In this document: piece by piece, positions 1-11,399 of the stretch | How the letters are laid out: each line of letters starts with the position of its first letter | Numbering within the stretch: the stretch's first letter is position 1 | NCBI RefSeq assembly: GCF_001194135.2 | Contig: NC_068983.1 | Span: 123,867,120 to 123,931,119 of the forward strand | Length of the DNA: 64,000 nt | DNA from: Octopus bimaculoides | Lineage: Eukaryota | Direction: 5' to 3' | Notes under the pieces: model-generated | What the model was told of the DNA's origin: nothing | Database searches by the model: none | Seen by the model: the letters and a program-made list of their open reading frames with translations, nothing else | Translations under genes and position numbers: made by a program

Positions 1-2
1 TT

Positions 3-326
3 CCTCCAGCAATTAAAACCAGTCGAAGAAGTCCAACAGACAAAGATGAAATAATTGAACCAAAATCACCCTATCAAATGAACTCTGGTTATGTGGAATC
101 TCAAAATAGACCAGCTGCAATTATTTTACCACCTATTAATGTAAATTCCAGAAAAAAAAGTGGCCAAACATCCAACTACATTGCCTTGAAATCTCCTCGA
201 CAAAGAAGCCCTGTGGGTTCAGAAAATGCATTTTCTGGTGTTGATAATACCGAACGCAGAAAAAGTTTTATAGAAGATAAAATGTTTGATTCACCAACTC
301 AGAAAGACCCTGGAGCTCCGAGATAA
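3..326 (+). CDS. 3' terminal coding part of an unidentified plus-strand gene (partial; S/P/K-rich, probably disordered C-terminus)
   Basis: Frame is open from position 3 (PPAIKTSRRSPTDKDEIIEPKSPYQM...DPGAPR) to TAA at 324-326, 107 codons in very AT-rich DNA. No acceptor is in the window. An AT-rich UTR-like tract follows with AATAAA at 651-656. Family not recognised. Confidence 0.6.
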   Translation, partial: PPAIKTSRRSPTDKDEIIEPKSPYQMNSGYVESQNRPAAIILPPINVNSRKKSGQTSNYIALKSPRQRSPVGSENAFSGVDNTERRKSFIEDKMFDSPTQKDPGAPR

Positions 327-3140
327 TGTATTACATCAGAAAATATCATTGAAATATTCAGATATCATCTTTACTAAAAATAACTTTTTTTAAGAATTTT
401 TAGTTTAGGAAAATAACACATCAGATAATTAATAAGAGACAATTTTGTAAATAAGATATATTTTTTCTCGTAAGAAATGATGTACCTTTATTGTTCTTCC
501 AGATATGTTAATTCAAAAAGGTACTTGAAAAAGGGTTTAATCTTTACTATGCCACCTACTGTAGATCTGAACAGTACACATGGTACCATCAAAGTATTTC
601 TGTTTTTATGAATATCAATATTGCATCTAGAGATAAATAGGTGCTTTGTCAATAAAAAAATGTACAAGAATATAAAGAATACTTAAATGAATTTCATACT
701 GCAAGCAGTGGTTATTTTTGTGTTCCATAAAGTAGAGTAGTAGAAATGTCAGATAAAATTCTTTATAGGACAGTTATATCTCTGTTTCTGAGATCAAATT
801 CCAACGGGATCAACACCACCCTTGTTAATTAAATAAGTACTAGTGTAGACATAAAGCTAGGTTAATTAAAAATTAACTATACCCCACTAGTTTCCAAAAC
901 TACTTGTGACCTTGTGCTTAAAATTAAGTTAATTACAATAAGACATGGTCTTGGATCTATGTAAGAAATTATTTTGGCAACGATAAAAGACCTATTTTAT
1001 ATATACAAATAAGTCTATAACCAACCAAATTAATTATTCTAACAAATTAACATGTTAGGGAGTAAAATAATTGCGCAATATTTAAATGATTGGTTATTCA
1101 CAAGATTTGATTGCTGTTTTGGTTAACCCCCAAACAGCACATAAGATTTGAACTTAGCATTGGAAACAGAAGATTCTTTTCATCAATAGTGCTTCTATTT
1201 CTAACAATATCACACTGTAACCCCTGACAATATCCATTTACAGCTATAGAAATTAAGCTATTGAAGTTTTGTTTTTATGAAGAACATAGCACATTGCCAG
1301 TGCTGAGAAATGAACTGTTGACCTCCCAATCACCAGGCCAGAACCTTAAACACTTGGTCAGCTTCTTCAATCATTAAATAACTATAGGAATACTATTTTC
1401 TCCAATTCAACACAATTCTCCTTTGGATATCTCCAGATATTCCTAGTAAGTAGATATTGGAAAAAAACACCTTTTAATCTTAATATTAATAGACAATTGT
1501 AGATTTAATTAAATGTGTGGCTTCATAAAATAATTGTCTCAAAGTATTTTTTCTCTGATCCTAAGGATTTTTTTGTTTTCTCTTTGTTAAGAAAAAGCAG
1601 ATTCCCACCTTATCACTTTTCATTTAATATTTTCTTTTATAATGATAAAAAAAAGTATTTGTATGTTGTCTTAATTCCCATGATTTATTCTCAACTCTAT
1701 TGTTCAGGATCTTATGTCCTAATATGAAAGTTTGTATTATTCCTATATTTTGTATATATTTACTATTGCCAAAGTGGTTACAGATATTTTGATAATTGGA
1801 AGGTTATTTGGAAAATGAATCGTTTTTATATTAAGTCACATCTTTTTCTGATATGTAAAATTTCTCATGTTATTTAGACTTGTTAATGATGGGTGAGTTA
1901 TCATGCATTGTGTAACTCCGGAAGATCTGTTTAGTTTTATCTAGTTTGGTGCCTAATCTTTCAGAGTGTCAGTCTCCTCCTCCCCAGGGTCACCTTTGCT
2001 ATTCACTTTTCTGGGGATGATAAAATACAGTAAAATACTGATAATGATTCCATAACATTGATATTGTACCTAATTAAAAGAGATCAGTATTTAGAAGTAT
2101 AACTTGACATGTTTAATAAGTTATAATTGAATATTTTCTCATTACTATCTTGCCATTTACTCCTACCAAGAAATTATACTTTGTCATTAATATGATGTGC
2201 ATTTTAGACTCATTTATTAAATATACATCAGTACAGTTTCTCATAAGGTATACCAAATCCCTTTGAAAAGCCATGTTATTAACCAATTTATCTCTTGCAT
2301 AGAATATGCTTCTAGTTATCAGGATTTCATTGAGTTACCTATATAAAATTCATGATAAATTTTGAAGAAACTTTTTATCTACGTTGTGATAGAATCAGAA
2401 AAGATTAAATTTTCAGATGTGTGAATTCTGTGATCATAAACAAATTTCACTTTAATAAATTTGTTTACTTTTTCTTTTGAAGTTGTTTACGTTGAATAAA
2501 ATGTTATTCTTACCCATATTTTTTTGCACTTATTTTTCCTTGCATATGTACTTTATATAAACTAAATTCTTTCTCAAAAGAACTATGAGTTTTCAAGCAA
2601 TTTTATGCCAGTGACAGATCCAGTAAAAATTAACAAAATAAGAATTGATATTTCTAAGTAAAAATTGTTTTAAGGTAATATAGATTAGAATTAATATAAA
2701 ATTATGCTGGAATACCAAGTTGTTTAATATTCTTTAAGTAGGAAATATTAAAAATTAGACATATAGAAAAGGCCTGCAGGAAAGTCCAAGCCAACAATGC
2801 ATTGAACATCTGCTTTTATCCTCTAGAGCTGACAAAAACTATTTAGCATACTGTATTTTCCAGCATACAAGTTGACATAGTATATAGTATAAACATTCAA
2901 ACATAGTCACCATCTTTCCAAGTCCTATTGCATTTCAAATGGAATTTTTGGTCCTCCAAATTTGTCTTGGTGTATAAGTCAACTTACCTATTTTGGCTGT
3001 AAATTTTGGTCTGAAAAATTTAACTTGTATGCCAGAAAATATTGTATGATGATATCTAAGTGACTTATTTTCCAATAAAAATTGGTTTTGAGTAAATTGT
3101 AAAAAGACAAAAAAAAGGGAAAAAAAAAAAATTCAAGTAA

Positions 3141-4643
3141 TCTATCTCTCTTATATATTAAAAGGCAAGTTGTCTGTGTGTGTGGACCACTTCTACTCCT
3201 ACAATTTTCAACCAAATTTCACCAAATTTGACATGTGTGCTCTCTTTGACTTAAAATGCTTTTTCATATAATTTTTTTCCTCGAAATTCTGTACCCCCAA
3301 CATAAATAGACTACTCTCAATTCGCCTAGGATTTGACTTGAGCCAGCGAAAAAACGAGACACACACCCAGCTGGAAAAAATCAATATTTTACTTTGTCAG
3401 TTGTGGTGAGCTCTTATAGACTGCTTGCATAGTACTGCCAGCAGTATTCATTTGCAAGTTACGATTTGCCTCTGTTTTCATGTGAGCACTCTTTTTCATA
3501 TAATTATTCTAACTTGAACTAGCCACTTCAAAACTCTTACCCAAAATTAAAAATCCTTAATTCGGTCTGTTTGATTAATATTTTTGCCAACTACATTTTA
3601 CTATTTTTTGGGGGTGCTACACATTCACCGCTTTTTTCTTGAGACTTTTTCTATTGCGTAAACTGATAATTTTCCACCATGCCTCAACGCAAAAGATCCA
3701 ATATAGGTTGGCAAACAAATGCTGCAAAGAAAAGTAAACATATGCATGCAAATGAATCTGCCAAGGATGTTGCCAGGAGGAACTCTCTCAATGCACTTAG
3801 GATGGCTTCAGCATGAAGAAGGGAAAGTGAACAGCAGTGTTGTGATTGGTTAGCACGTATTGCTGTGCAACAAGCTGCCCAGAGCAACAAGCAACGTTCA
3901 GCATGCCGAACAAGAAATGCTTCCTCTACTACTGCTGTACAAGCTTCAGAGAATGCAGCACAACACGCAGATCGACTTACAAGAGATGCTTCCTCAACTG
4001 CTGTTGCACGAGTTGCAGCACAATGCAGATTGACTTACAAGAGATGCTGCAGCGACTGCTGCATGAGCTACAGAGACTACAGGGGAAAGACAACAACAGA
4101 TGTTGCTTTATGTGGCAAACAAGAAAACATCAGGTAACCATACCCTTGTCACCTTATTTATTTCATTAGCGTAATCTTCACAGTATGCTCTCCGTTAAGT
4201 GCCCCTGATTGTGAGGTAGGCAACAGATACTACACTTTTCATCTTTTTTGCACAGGCCACACATCAAATTTTTTGTTCAGATAATGTTGTATGTGGAAAC
4301 CAGTCAAACAGCCGGTAAACATACTATTTCTCTTTATGTCATATCTTTAGGCTCAACCTTTCCATCTGCTAAACAGCACATGTCAGTAGTTATGTCGTAA
4401 GGAAAATAAACTCAATTATTGCCGGTTTTTCACAGATCGACCTAGTGTCCCAATGGAAAACAATGACAATGGTGTGAGCATATGACTCTGCATGTTCACT
4501 ATTGCGCTAAATAAATCAAACAACACAGGGAACATCTGCCATTATTTCTTTCATTCAATTCAGAGGTGCATCCGTGAATGGTCAAATAACCAAACAGGCA
4601 TACTTAACAAACAGTCCAGGGCAACGCCTGGTATGCCTGCTAG
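3141..4643 (+). mobile_element. Helitron-like non-autonomous element A
   Basis: 5' A|TC start followed by TATATTAAAA..GTCTGTGTGT..CCAAATTTCACCAAATTT. 3' hairpin CCAGG-GCAACG-CCTGG (4616-4631), then 8 nt and CTAG|T (4640-4644). This is canonical Helitron terminal architecture. Confidence 0.75.
3679..4134 (+). pseudogene. Decayed N-terminus of a Helitron Rep/helicase-type ORF
   Basis: ccaccATG at 3679 gives MPQRKRSNIGWQTNAAKK...ESEQQ..; in-frame TGA at 3814-3816; ~60-bp internal repeats (ACAAGAGATGCTTCC). Resembles the MPRRKRxNIGR-type N-terminus of animal Helitron ORFs (recalled, not searched). Confidence 0.5.
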
Positions 4644-6002
4644 TATATATATAAAGATGAGAATGTGTGTATGTCTGTCTGTGCAAATCCCTAAAACTCG
4701 AGAACTACACAACCGATTTCATTCAAATTTTACACATGCCTTACTTAGGGTCCATGTAGTGTCATGGGCCAAAAAAAGGACAGATTTAATGCAGTATATC
4801 TTTGAAAGTGAGGGGGCATAAATGAGGCCATAAGCCCCATGAAAATTCATATATTTTTGCTGTTGATGAAATTTTAACCATACATATTAGACACAAAGGA
4901 AGTAACATTTCCAAAATTTCAACTTCTTAGGAGTTAGTAAAACCCCTTAATGGGGGGCTTAACTCCTACAATTTAGTCATTTTTCCTTAGCCAAGATGAA
5001 TACAATTGTACTCTTGGAAGCTGTAGGGTCACCCAAGGATACAATATGAGCATTATTTGTAATTCAATGGTACAACAGTGTAAGAGTTTGCTTTGAAATA
5101 TACTTAGATTGTGATTTCTGCAATGTGGTGCATAAATTGTCAAGTAAAGGAGAGGCATCTTTGCCTCCAGTGATTCAGTTGCAATGTGTTGAGTAAAGTT
5201 ATTTGGTTGCAGGCCTCCTTTGAGTCTTTATATAATCACTGGGTCAGAGATAGTCCCCAGATGGTAACATTGATTTCAAGGCCTTCTCAGATAAGTAACT
5301 GGTCATTCAAAGAGATTTATAGATTGCAAATTTATTCTGTCCAGTTACCTATCGGCACAGTGATCATTGGCAAACTCCAGAGGTGACACTTTCATTTCCC
5401 CTTAGCCCACGTCACACAGTTGTTAATGTTTGAGTTGGGTCACACCCTTCCAGTTGCTATAGATTCATAATGCATCATCTTAGGGCTGTGCCCACCACCT
5501 GTATGGTGAGGAATCCTACATTGAGGAGTGGTAACGACTAGGACAGGGTAGCCGACTCTTACTGTGATCATTCGTCTTTTGGTTTCCTGTAGCTTTGCTC
5601 TCTTTTACAAACCCAGTGAACATACATATATTTCCGATTTCAAAGAAATTTGAACAATAGATACAAGACCCAAGTTATGAAGATTCCCAACAATTCAACT
5701 TCTCTGGTTGACTTTAAGACCCCACCCCCAATAGGGGCCTTAACTCCCACATATTAGAGCTCCATGTGTCTATTCATCAGGAGCAAAAACTTTTGAATAG
5801 GTTTCATATATGAGATAAATATGTCATGATTAGAATTTTTGTTAGAGTGTGTAAAGAGAGAAAGAACACTCATTAAAATTCTTAATCTGCAATTTTGATG
5901 AAATTCGAATCATAGATATTCCAGTTCATTAGAGAAAATATAAAAGAAAAGTCTAATTCTTCAATTCCATGTGACACGGGCAAAGTCAGGTATCTCTGCG
6001 AG
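4644..6002 (+). mobile_element. Helitron-like non-autonomous element B, head-to-tail with element A
   Basis: Starts right after the CTAG of A with TATATATATAAAG..GTCTGTCTGT..CCGATTTCATTCAAATTT. Degenerate 3' end CACGGGCAAAGTCAGG-TATCTCTG-CGAG|T (5975-6003). Internal ~60-bp direct repeats at ~4915-4975 and ~5690-5755. Confidence 0.6.
4975..5600 (-). mobile_element. 5' fragment of an RTE-clade LINE (ORF N-terminus and APE endonuclease start), decayed, inside Helitron B
   Basis: Frameshifted minus-strand translation gives RWWAQP..DAL.IYSNWKGVTQLK, LDRINLQ..LFE, LTIYAP and IVSLGD. These come in the order and spacing of RTE APE motifs (ELDRYNIxxAALSE, YAP, LGDFNA). Confidence 0.5.
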
Positions 6003-6309
6003 TGACAGATAAATGTAAAACATATTCTACGTGTAAATTTTAGACTTAGAAGTAACTCGAGATCTGTCCCTTGTATGGATGTTTAACCTGAATAATGTGA
6101 TAAGGACAGAACAAAGTGTTTATCCTGCATACTTTGATATAAGCTTCAAGAGTTCTTTGGCAAGTTTCTTAACTCACTAAACTGATTAAGATGTCAAAAA
6201 AAAAAAAAAAAACTTTTGAAAGTCTATATCTACTGACAGTAGATATAGGAAAATAAATGTTTCATCTTGGTGTCAATAAGTGAAAGAATTAGCACAAACA
6301 AAATTTTCC

Positions 6310-6697
6310 ATTATCATTTAGCATCTACTTTCCTTGCTTGCATGGGTCAAACAGAATTTGTTGAATCAGATTTCCTACAGCCAGATGTCCTTCTTGTCAC
6401 CAACCCATACCTGTTTCCAGGCAAGGAAACATTTCCCACAGCCAGACATGTTTTTCCATGGAAAGATGTAAATGAACAACATAACCTGTATGACCGATGC
6501 TCATTTGCAGCCATCACACTAAGTCAGGAAAAGGGTACACATAACACATATTTACGACAGGCTTTTTAAGTTTCAGTCAACTAAATCTACTCACAAGTCT
6601 GCTCACAGTCAAACTAAAAATGCTCACAAGTTGACCCAGGGCTATAGTAGAAAACATTTGTCCAAGTTGCCACACAGTGGGACTGAACCCAAGACTT
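6310..6697 (-). mobile_element. tRNA-derived SINE (composite copy)
   Basis: Similar to 22686-23065 and 43105-43513. Contains the reverse complement of the SINE head seen at 7083 and 43795. Confidence 0.7.
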
Positions 6698-7082
6698 AAT
6701 TTCTATTCATTAAGCATTAGATGAGACCATTGTCATGATTAGCTGCCAGTTATTTATAAAACTACTACTAGGTTGTTAGTTTTGATTTATAAATTAGATC
6801 TTAACTCTTAGGAGACGACAGGGCCAATCTATCAGCCAAAAAGTTAAATAACAAAGAAGATTGTATTAGTTCATTCAATTTCCTACAAGAATATATATAG
6901 TTTTATATATGTAAAGTAATTACCTTATTTTTTACAATATTTTTGAAAAATAAGTGCATGCTATCTGTAGGGCTTGTGAAAAGGATTCTGTCTTCTTGGC
7001 ACTGAAACTCCAAATGAGGCTCTGTCTCCAAAGGGTCAAAAAGAGTTCGCCAAGTTATGGAACAAAGATATTTAGTTTGAGT

Positions 7083-7237
7083 GCAGGTGCAGCAGTGTGG
7101 TAGGAAGCTTGCTTCTCAACCACATAGTTCCGAGTTCATCCCCATTGCATGACACTTTGGACAAGTGTCTTCTACTATAGCCTCAGGCCAACCAAAGCCT
7201 TGTGAGTAGATTTGGAAGAGAAAAACTGAAAGAAACT

Positions 7238-7279
<42 letters not shown>

Positions 7280-7480
7280 CGTGTCCGTGTCCTCCTCCAC
7301 CACTGCTTGACAACGGGTATTGATGTGTTAGCATCCCTGTAACTTAGTGGCTCAGCAAAAGAGATTGACAGAATAAGTACCAGGTTTTAAAAAAAAGATA
7401 CAGGGTCGATTCATTTGACTGAAAATTCAAGGTAGTGCCCCAACATAGCCACAGTCTAATGATTATAACAAGTAAAAGAG
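7083..7480 (+). mobile_element. tRNA-derived SINE with internal (AT)n
   Basis: A/B-box-like head (GTGTGGTAGG..GAGTTCATCCC), body GTGTCTTCTACTATAGCCTCAGG..TGTGAGTAGATTTGG. Colinear with 43795-44197. Confidence 0.8.
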
Positions 7481-8439
7481 TTTTATAGTAGTATATCAAA
7501 AGTAAATATCGTAAACCATTTTAACTTGCATAACTTTCCCTTCTACCAATATGTATTTCAGAAGTCTCATACCTTTCTCAAAACTTGTATGCTAAGGTCT
7601 GCTTCTTTGTCAACATCAACAACTAAATGTACCAAGTTCAATCATCACCATTATTAACTTTGAGAAACCTATAGCTAATCATTAGAGATGTTACATGGCT
7701 ACATACTATAGAGTACTATCCAATATTGATTACATCCTGTGTATTTCTCCAATGAAGAAACACTAATTTTATTTATATATATATATTTTACTAGCTTCAG
7801 CCAGTGGGCTGTTGCCATGCTGGATCACTACCACTTTATGTATATAAGGTTGTGAAGAATCATTATTTCTATCTGTCAATGTTTTCTATTTCAATATGTT
7901 TTCTTTCAACGTTTGATGATGTTATACACACAAGTGCAGGCATCCCAGATTGGTCAGATCGGTCAGATCGGTGCAGTTAATATTCAGCTGAAAAGTATGT
8001 CCATTGGTCTCTGGTGAGAAAACAGAAGTGAAGTGTGATATCCAGTATTTTTATTTATGAATTGCTTTATGGACACACGTTTTATACAGACCTAGTAAGA
8101 GGTTGTGTGGAGCTAACTAGTTCAGAGGAAATTATAGTGGTGAAAGAATATAGAGAAGAAACAAAGTATGTAGATCTGAGATTATGTTGGTGGGTAACTC
8201 TTTGCCAATAAGTTGAATAAATTTCTTTTATGCCTCTGTACAGCAACAGGTGTAACACTGTCCCATATGTGTAGTATTCCAATGTAGTTCACAACTGAGC
8301 ATTCTCGCTAGCCATTAGGACTGGAATATTTCTTGACTCCAAAGTACAATTTTAACCTTTGTAATGCCATTTTTGCATCATTTCATACATTGTCATCATC
8401 ATCTAATATTCACTTTCTATGCTGGCATGTGTTGGACAT

Positions 8440-8600
8440 TTTGATAGAAAACTGGCAAGCTGCAGTACCATGCCAACCTACAATGTCATCTTTGGCATGG
8501 TTTCTATGGCTGGATGCCCTTCCTAGCACCAACTACTTAATAGAATGTACTGGGTGCATTTTTGGGGCCACCAGCACTAGCAATGTTGCTATGTAACTTG
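8440..8600 (-). mobile_element. RTE LINE 3'-end fragment
   Basis: GTTTCTATGGCTGGATGCCCTTCCTAGCACCAAC is the reverse complement of the LINE 3' UTR at 22060-22110. Confidence 0.6.
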
Positions 8601-9129
8601 CAAGACAAAGCTCCCACTAAGAAGAGGAAGTATTTGAGAGGAGAAGGTAGAGGTGGGTAGCTTTATGCCAAATGTTGAAAGACAAAGTATAACAGAGAGA
8701 CAATCACAGGTATCTTGCTATAGAGATATGTGGCTGAAGGAGATAAAGGATGGTAGTGATGGGGTGCAAGATCAAACTATCAAGGAACAAGAAGGCAAGC
8801 ATAAGTGAAGATATGGACAGTGGGTCATGGGAGTGAGTGAAAAAATGTGTGGATGCTTTCATAGCAGTGTGAAGGGGGAGTAAACAGGTAGAGGTTAATG
8901 TAATGAGTGCTAAATAAGGGTGGGGGTACAGATGATGGGGAATACCAATATGTAGAGGGTAATATAGGACATATAGTTTGGCTTCATGCTCAAAAGAGCT
9001 ATAATGGATGCAATTTTCCTACTGAGGCAACTGTAAGAGAAATAGACTGAAGAGTAAGCCACTATTCTTCGCATTCATTAACTTGGAAAAGACATTTTAC
9101 AGGGTATGGCATTCAATAATTTCACAATC

Positions 9130-9510
9130 TCTAAGGAAACAAAGAGTAGACAAATGACATGTAAGGGCTATACAAACTATGTGCAGTAAGTAAATCAAGA
9201 GTCAACAATTCCAGTGAAGGTAGGAGCACATCAAGGCTCAGTCCTGTCCTTTTCTATTCACCATAGTCCTATAGGTCATCATAGAGGTACTTAAGACTAG
9301 CTGTCCATGGAAACTCTTATATGCTGGTGACTTAGTTCTCATAGCTAAATTTATAGTGAAATTAGAGAGGAAATTCCAAGCATGGAAGCTAAACCTAGAA
9401 ATGAGAGGCTTCGAGGTAAATTTGGCAAAGACTAATGTTTTAGTAAGTAAGAAAGAAGAGAGGACCAAGCATCATGAGGAGAATGGCTTTGTTTGATGTG
9501 CAGAAAAGAA
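9130..9510 (+). mobile_element. RTE LINE reverse-transcriptase fragment
   Basis: Translates VKVGAHQGSVLS..TSCPWKLLYAGDLVLIA..KFQAWKLNLEMRGFEVNLAKTNVL (QG and YADD-like motifs), with stops. Confidence 0.75.
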
Positions 9511-9513
9511 GTA

Positions 9514-9870
9514 TGACGATTGGCTGAAAAGTTCATAAGGCGACCAAGATGCTCTCATGGAATGTGACCGAATGAGGTTTATTTTTCAACACGGTCCCCC
9601 TTGTGGTCCACATACTTTTTCCATTGGTGTTACAGTGCTTAGATCTCATTGGTGAAGAAGTGGTCATCCTGTTGGTTAAAACAGTCATCAACAGTAGATA
9701 TGACATCATCTTCACTCAGATACTGGTACCCAGCCAAGTGTTTCTTCATGTTGGGGAACATGTGATAGTCAGATGGAACCAAATCAGGAGAATAGGGAGG
9801 GAAATCAACCAGTTCAAAGCCACAGTCATGCACAGCAGCCATTGAAACCGAAGACTTCTCCAGATGAAAC
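9514..9870 (-). mobile_element. Mariner/Tc1 transposase C-terminal relic with one terminal inverted repeat
   Basis: ORF 9639-9875 has FELVDFPPYSPDLVPSDYHMFPNMKKHL (YSPDLAPSD motif). TIR-like TGACGATTGGCTGAAAAGTTC follows TA at 9512-9513. Confidence 0.85.
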
Positions 9871-11399
9871 AGCAAAAAAATCTATACATAAGGGATAAGA
9901 GATTTGATGTAAGGTTTGTGTTAATAAGTGGTGCATAGAGCCTAGAAATCTATGGATATGAGGAGGAATAAAAATTGTCTGGCAGATTTTGCTTTATTTC
10001 TTAGCACCAATGTAGTGAGTATAACAAGAAAGTTGATTATGCTTTGAGGAAGTGTTGAGTAACAAAGGTACTGGTTGATAAATTAAAGATTACGGAGTTA
10101 TTTGTGCATGGTTTAAGTAGAGCAAGCAGTGGACAAATATATGACTTGAATATCTTTGTCCTCAAATAGAATAACAACTGCAGACCAATCCAACATAAAA
10201 GGACATTAAATAATTATGATGGTGATGATATATGTCTTTATATATCAAACAATTTTGGTGAAAAGTGATACATGTTTTCATGAAATTGAAGGACTGTTTG
10301 ATTAGCTTCAGATTCTGTTGAGTTAAACAAATGACAGATGAGTCTTTACTTCATTTAAGATATCAGTTAACTGAAAGGAACATTCTAAGGAAGTGCTCAT
10401 ACTAAATGGTTAGATCGTACCTGACATTTGCTGGATACAGTTGAAATATGGAAAGATGCAGATTTGTTCAGGACATTAAAATGACAATCAGGTGATAAAA
10501 CTCTTTCAATAAAGTCACTAAATTATATCTTCATTAAAAATGAAGCTTCCTTTTCTAAATTGTTAACCAGTAAAACTAGATTAGTTAATTATTGTTTCTC
10601 ACTGATATTATACAGATAAAATCAAAATGTTTGAAATAACTAAGAATTTGCAAATACACTGAGTCATCATAAACCAAAATAAGAGAGTTGTCAAAATCAA
10701 AGAGGGAGACTACTAGATATAACAACAAAATTTCCCTCAAAGTATACAGTACTGTCTTACAAAAAGGATATATTAACTGATGTAGTCTTAAATACCTTAT
10801 GCCTTAAGGGAAGATAAGATAGTCAAGGTTGGAATAATTTTGATCATAGAAACTGTTCAGTTGAAACTATACAACTTTAATCAATTAATTAATTAAGTAA
10901 GTAGGCTATAAAGAAAAATCTATCGAATCTAAAATTAGAGACAAAAAAAACTAAAAACAATCCTAAAATGGATTTTTTAAATATTTGTTTTTGGTCCTGT
11001 AGACTGACATTTTACAAAAACATTATAGCAGAAAATTAAAGGGAAGTAAAATTACATTCTTTGTGGAATATAAGAGCTTCTTGTTTAAACATTTAGAAAT
11101 AAATAAAAATCTTAAACTTAACAGGAAAAACAAAACAGTAAAAACATCTCAAGTTAATGAATGATCAAATTATATAAGGTCATGAGAATACAGCGTAAAC
11201 ATCACTGCAATTTGGTTGTTTCTTTTTATAACTTGAGCTATTGATGGAGAGTAGAAGGTATAGAAATATATGTGTGTGTATGCATGTGTAATAATACACA
11301 GAATGCAAATGTGTTAGAATTTAATTCAAACTCTTACATCAAGCTTCATTAAAATAGTCTGAAGAGATGCATGTTTTAAAAATATGAAGTCAAACATAT

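Noticed and set aside
7083-7150. tRNA-like sequence (also at 43795)
   Set aside because: It is the SINE head; no complete cloverleaf, and it continues into the SINE body.
8082-8282. ORF weakly resembling a mariner C-terminus (YRGIKEI..WQRV)
   Set aside because: Too short and degenerate, with no TIR or catalytic motif identified.
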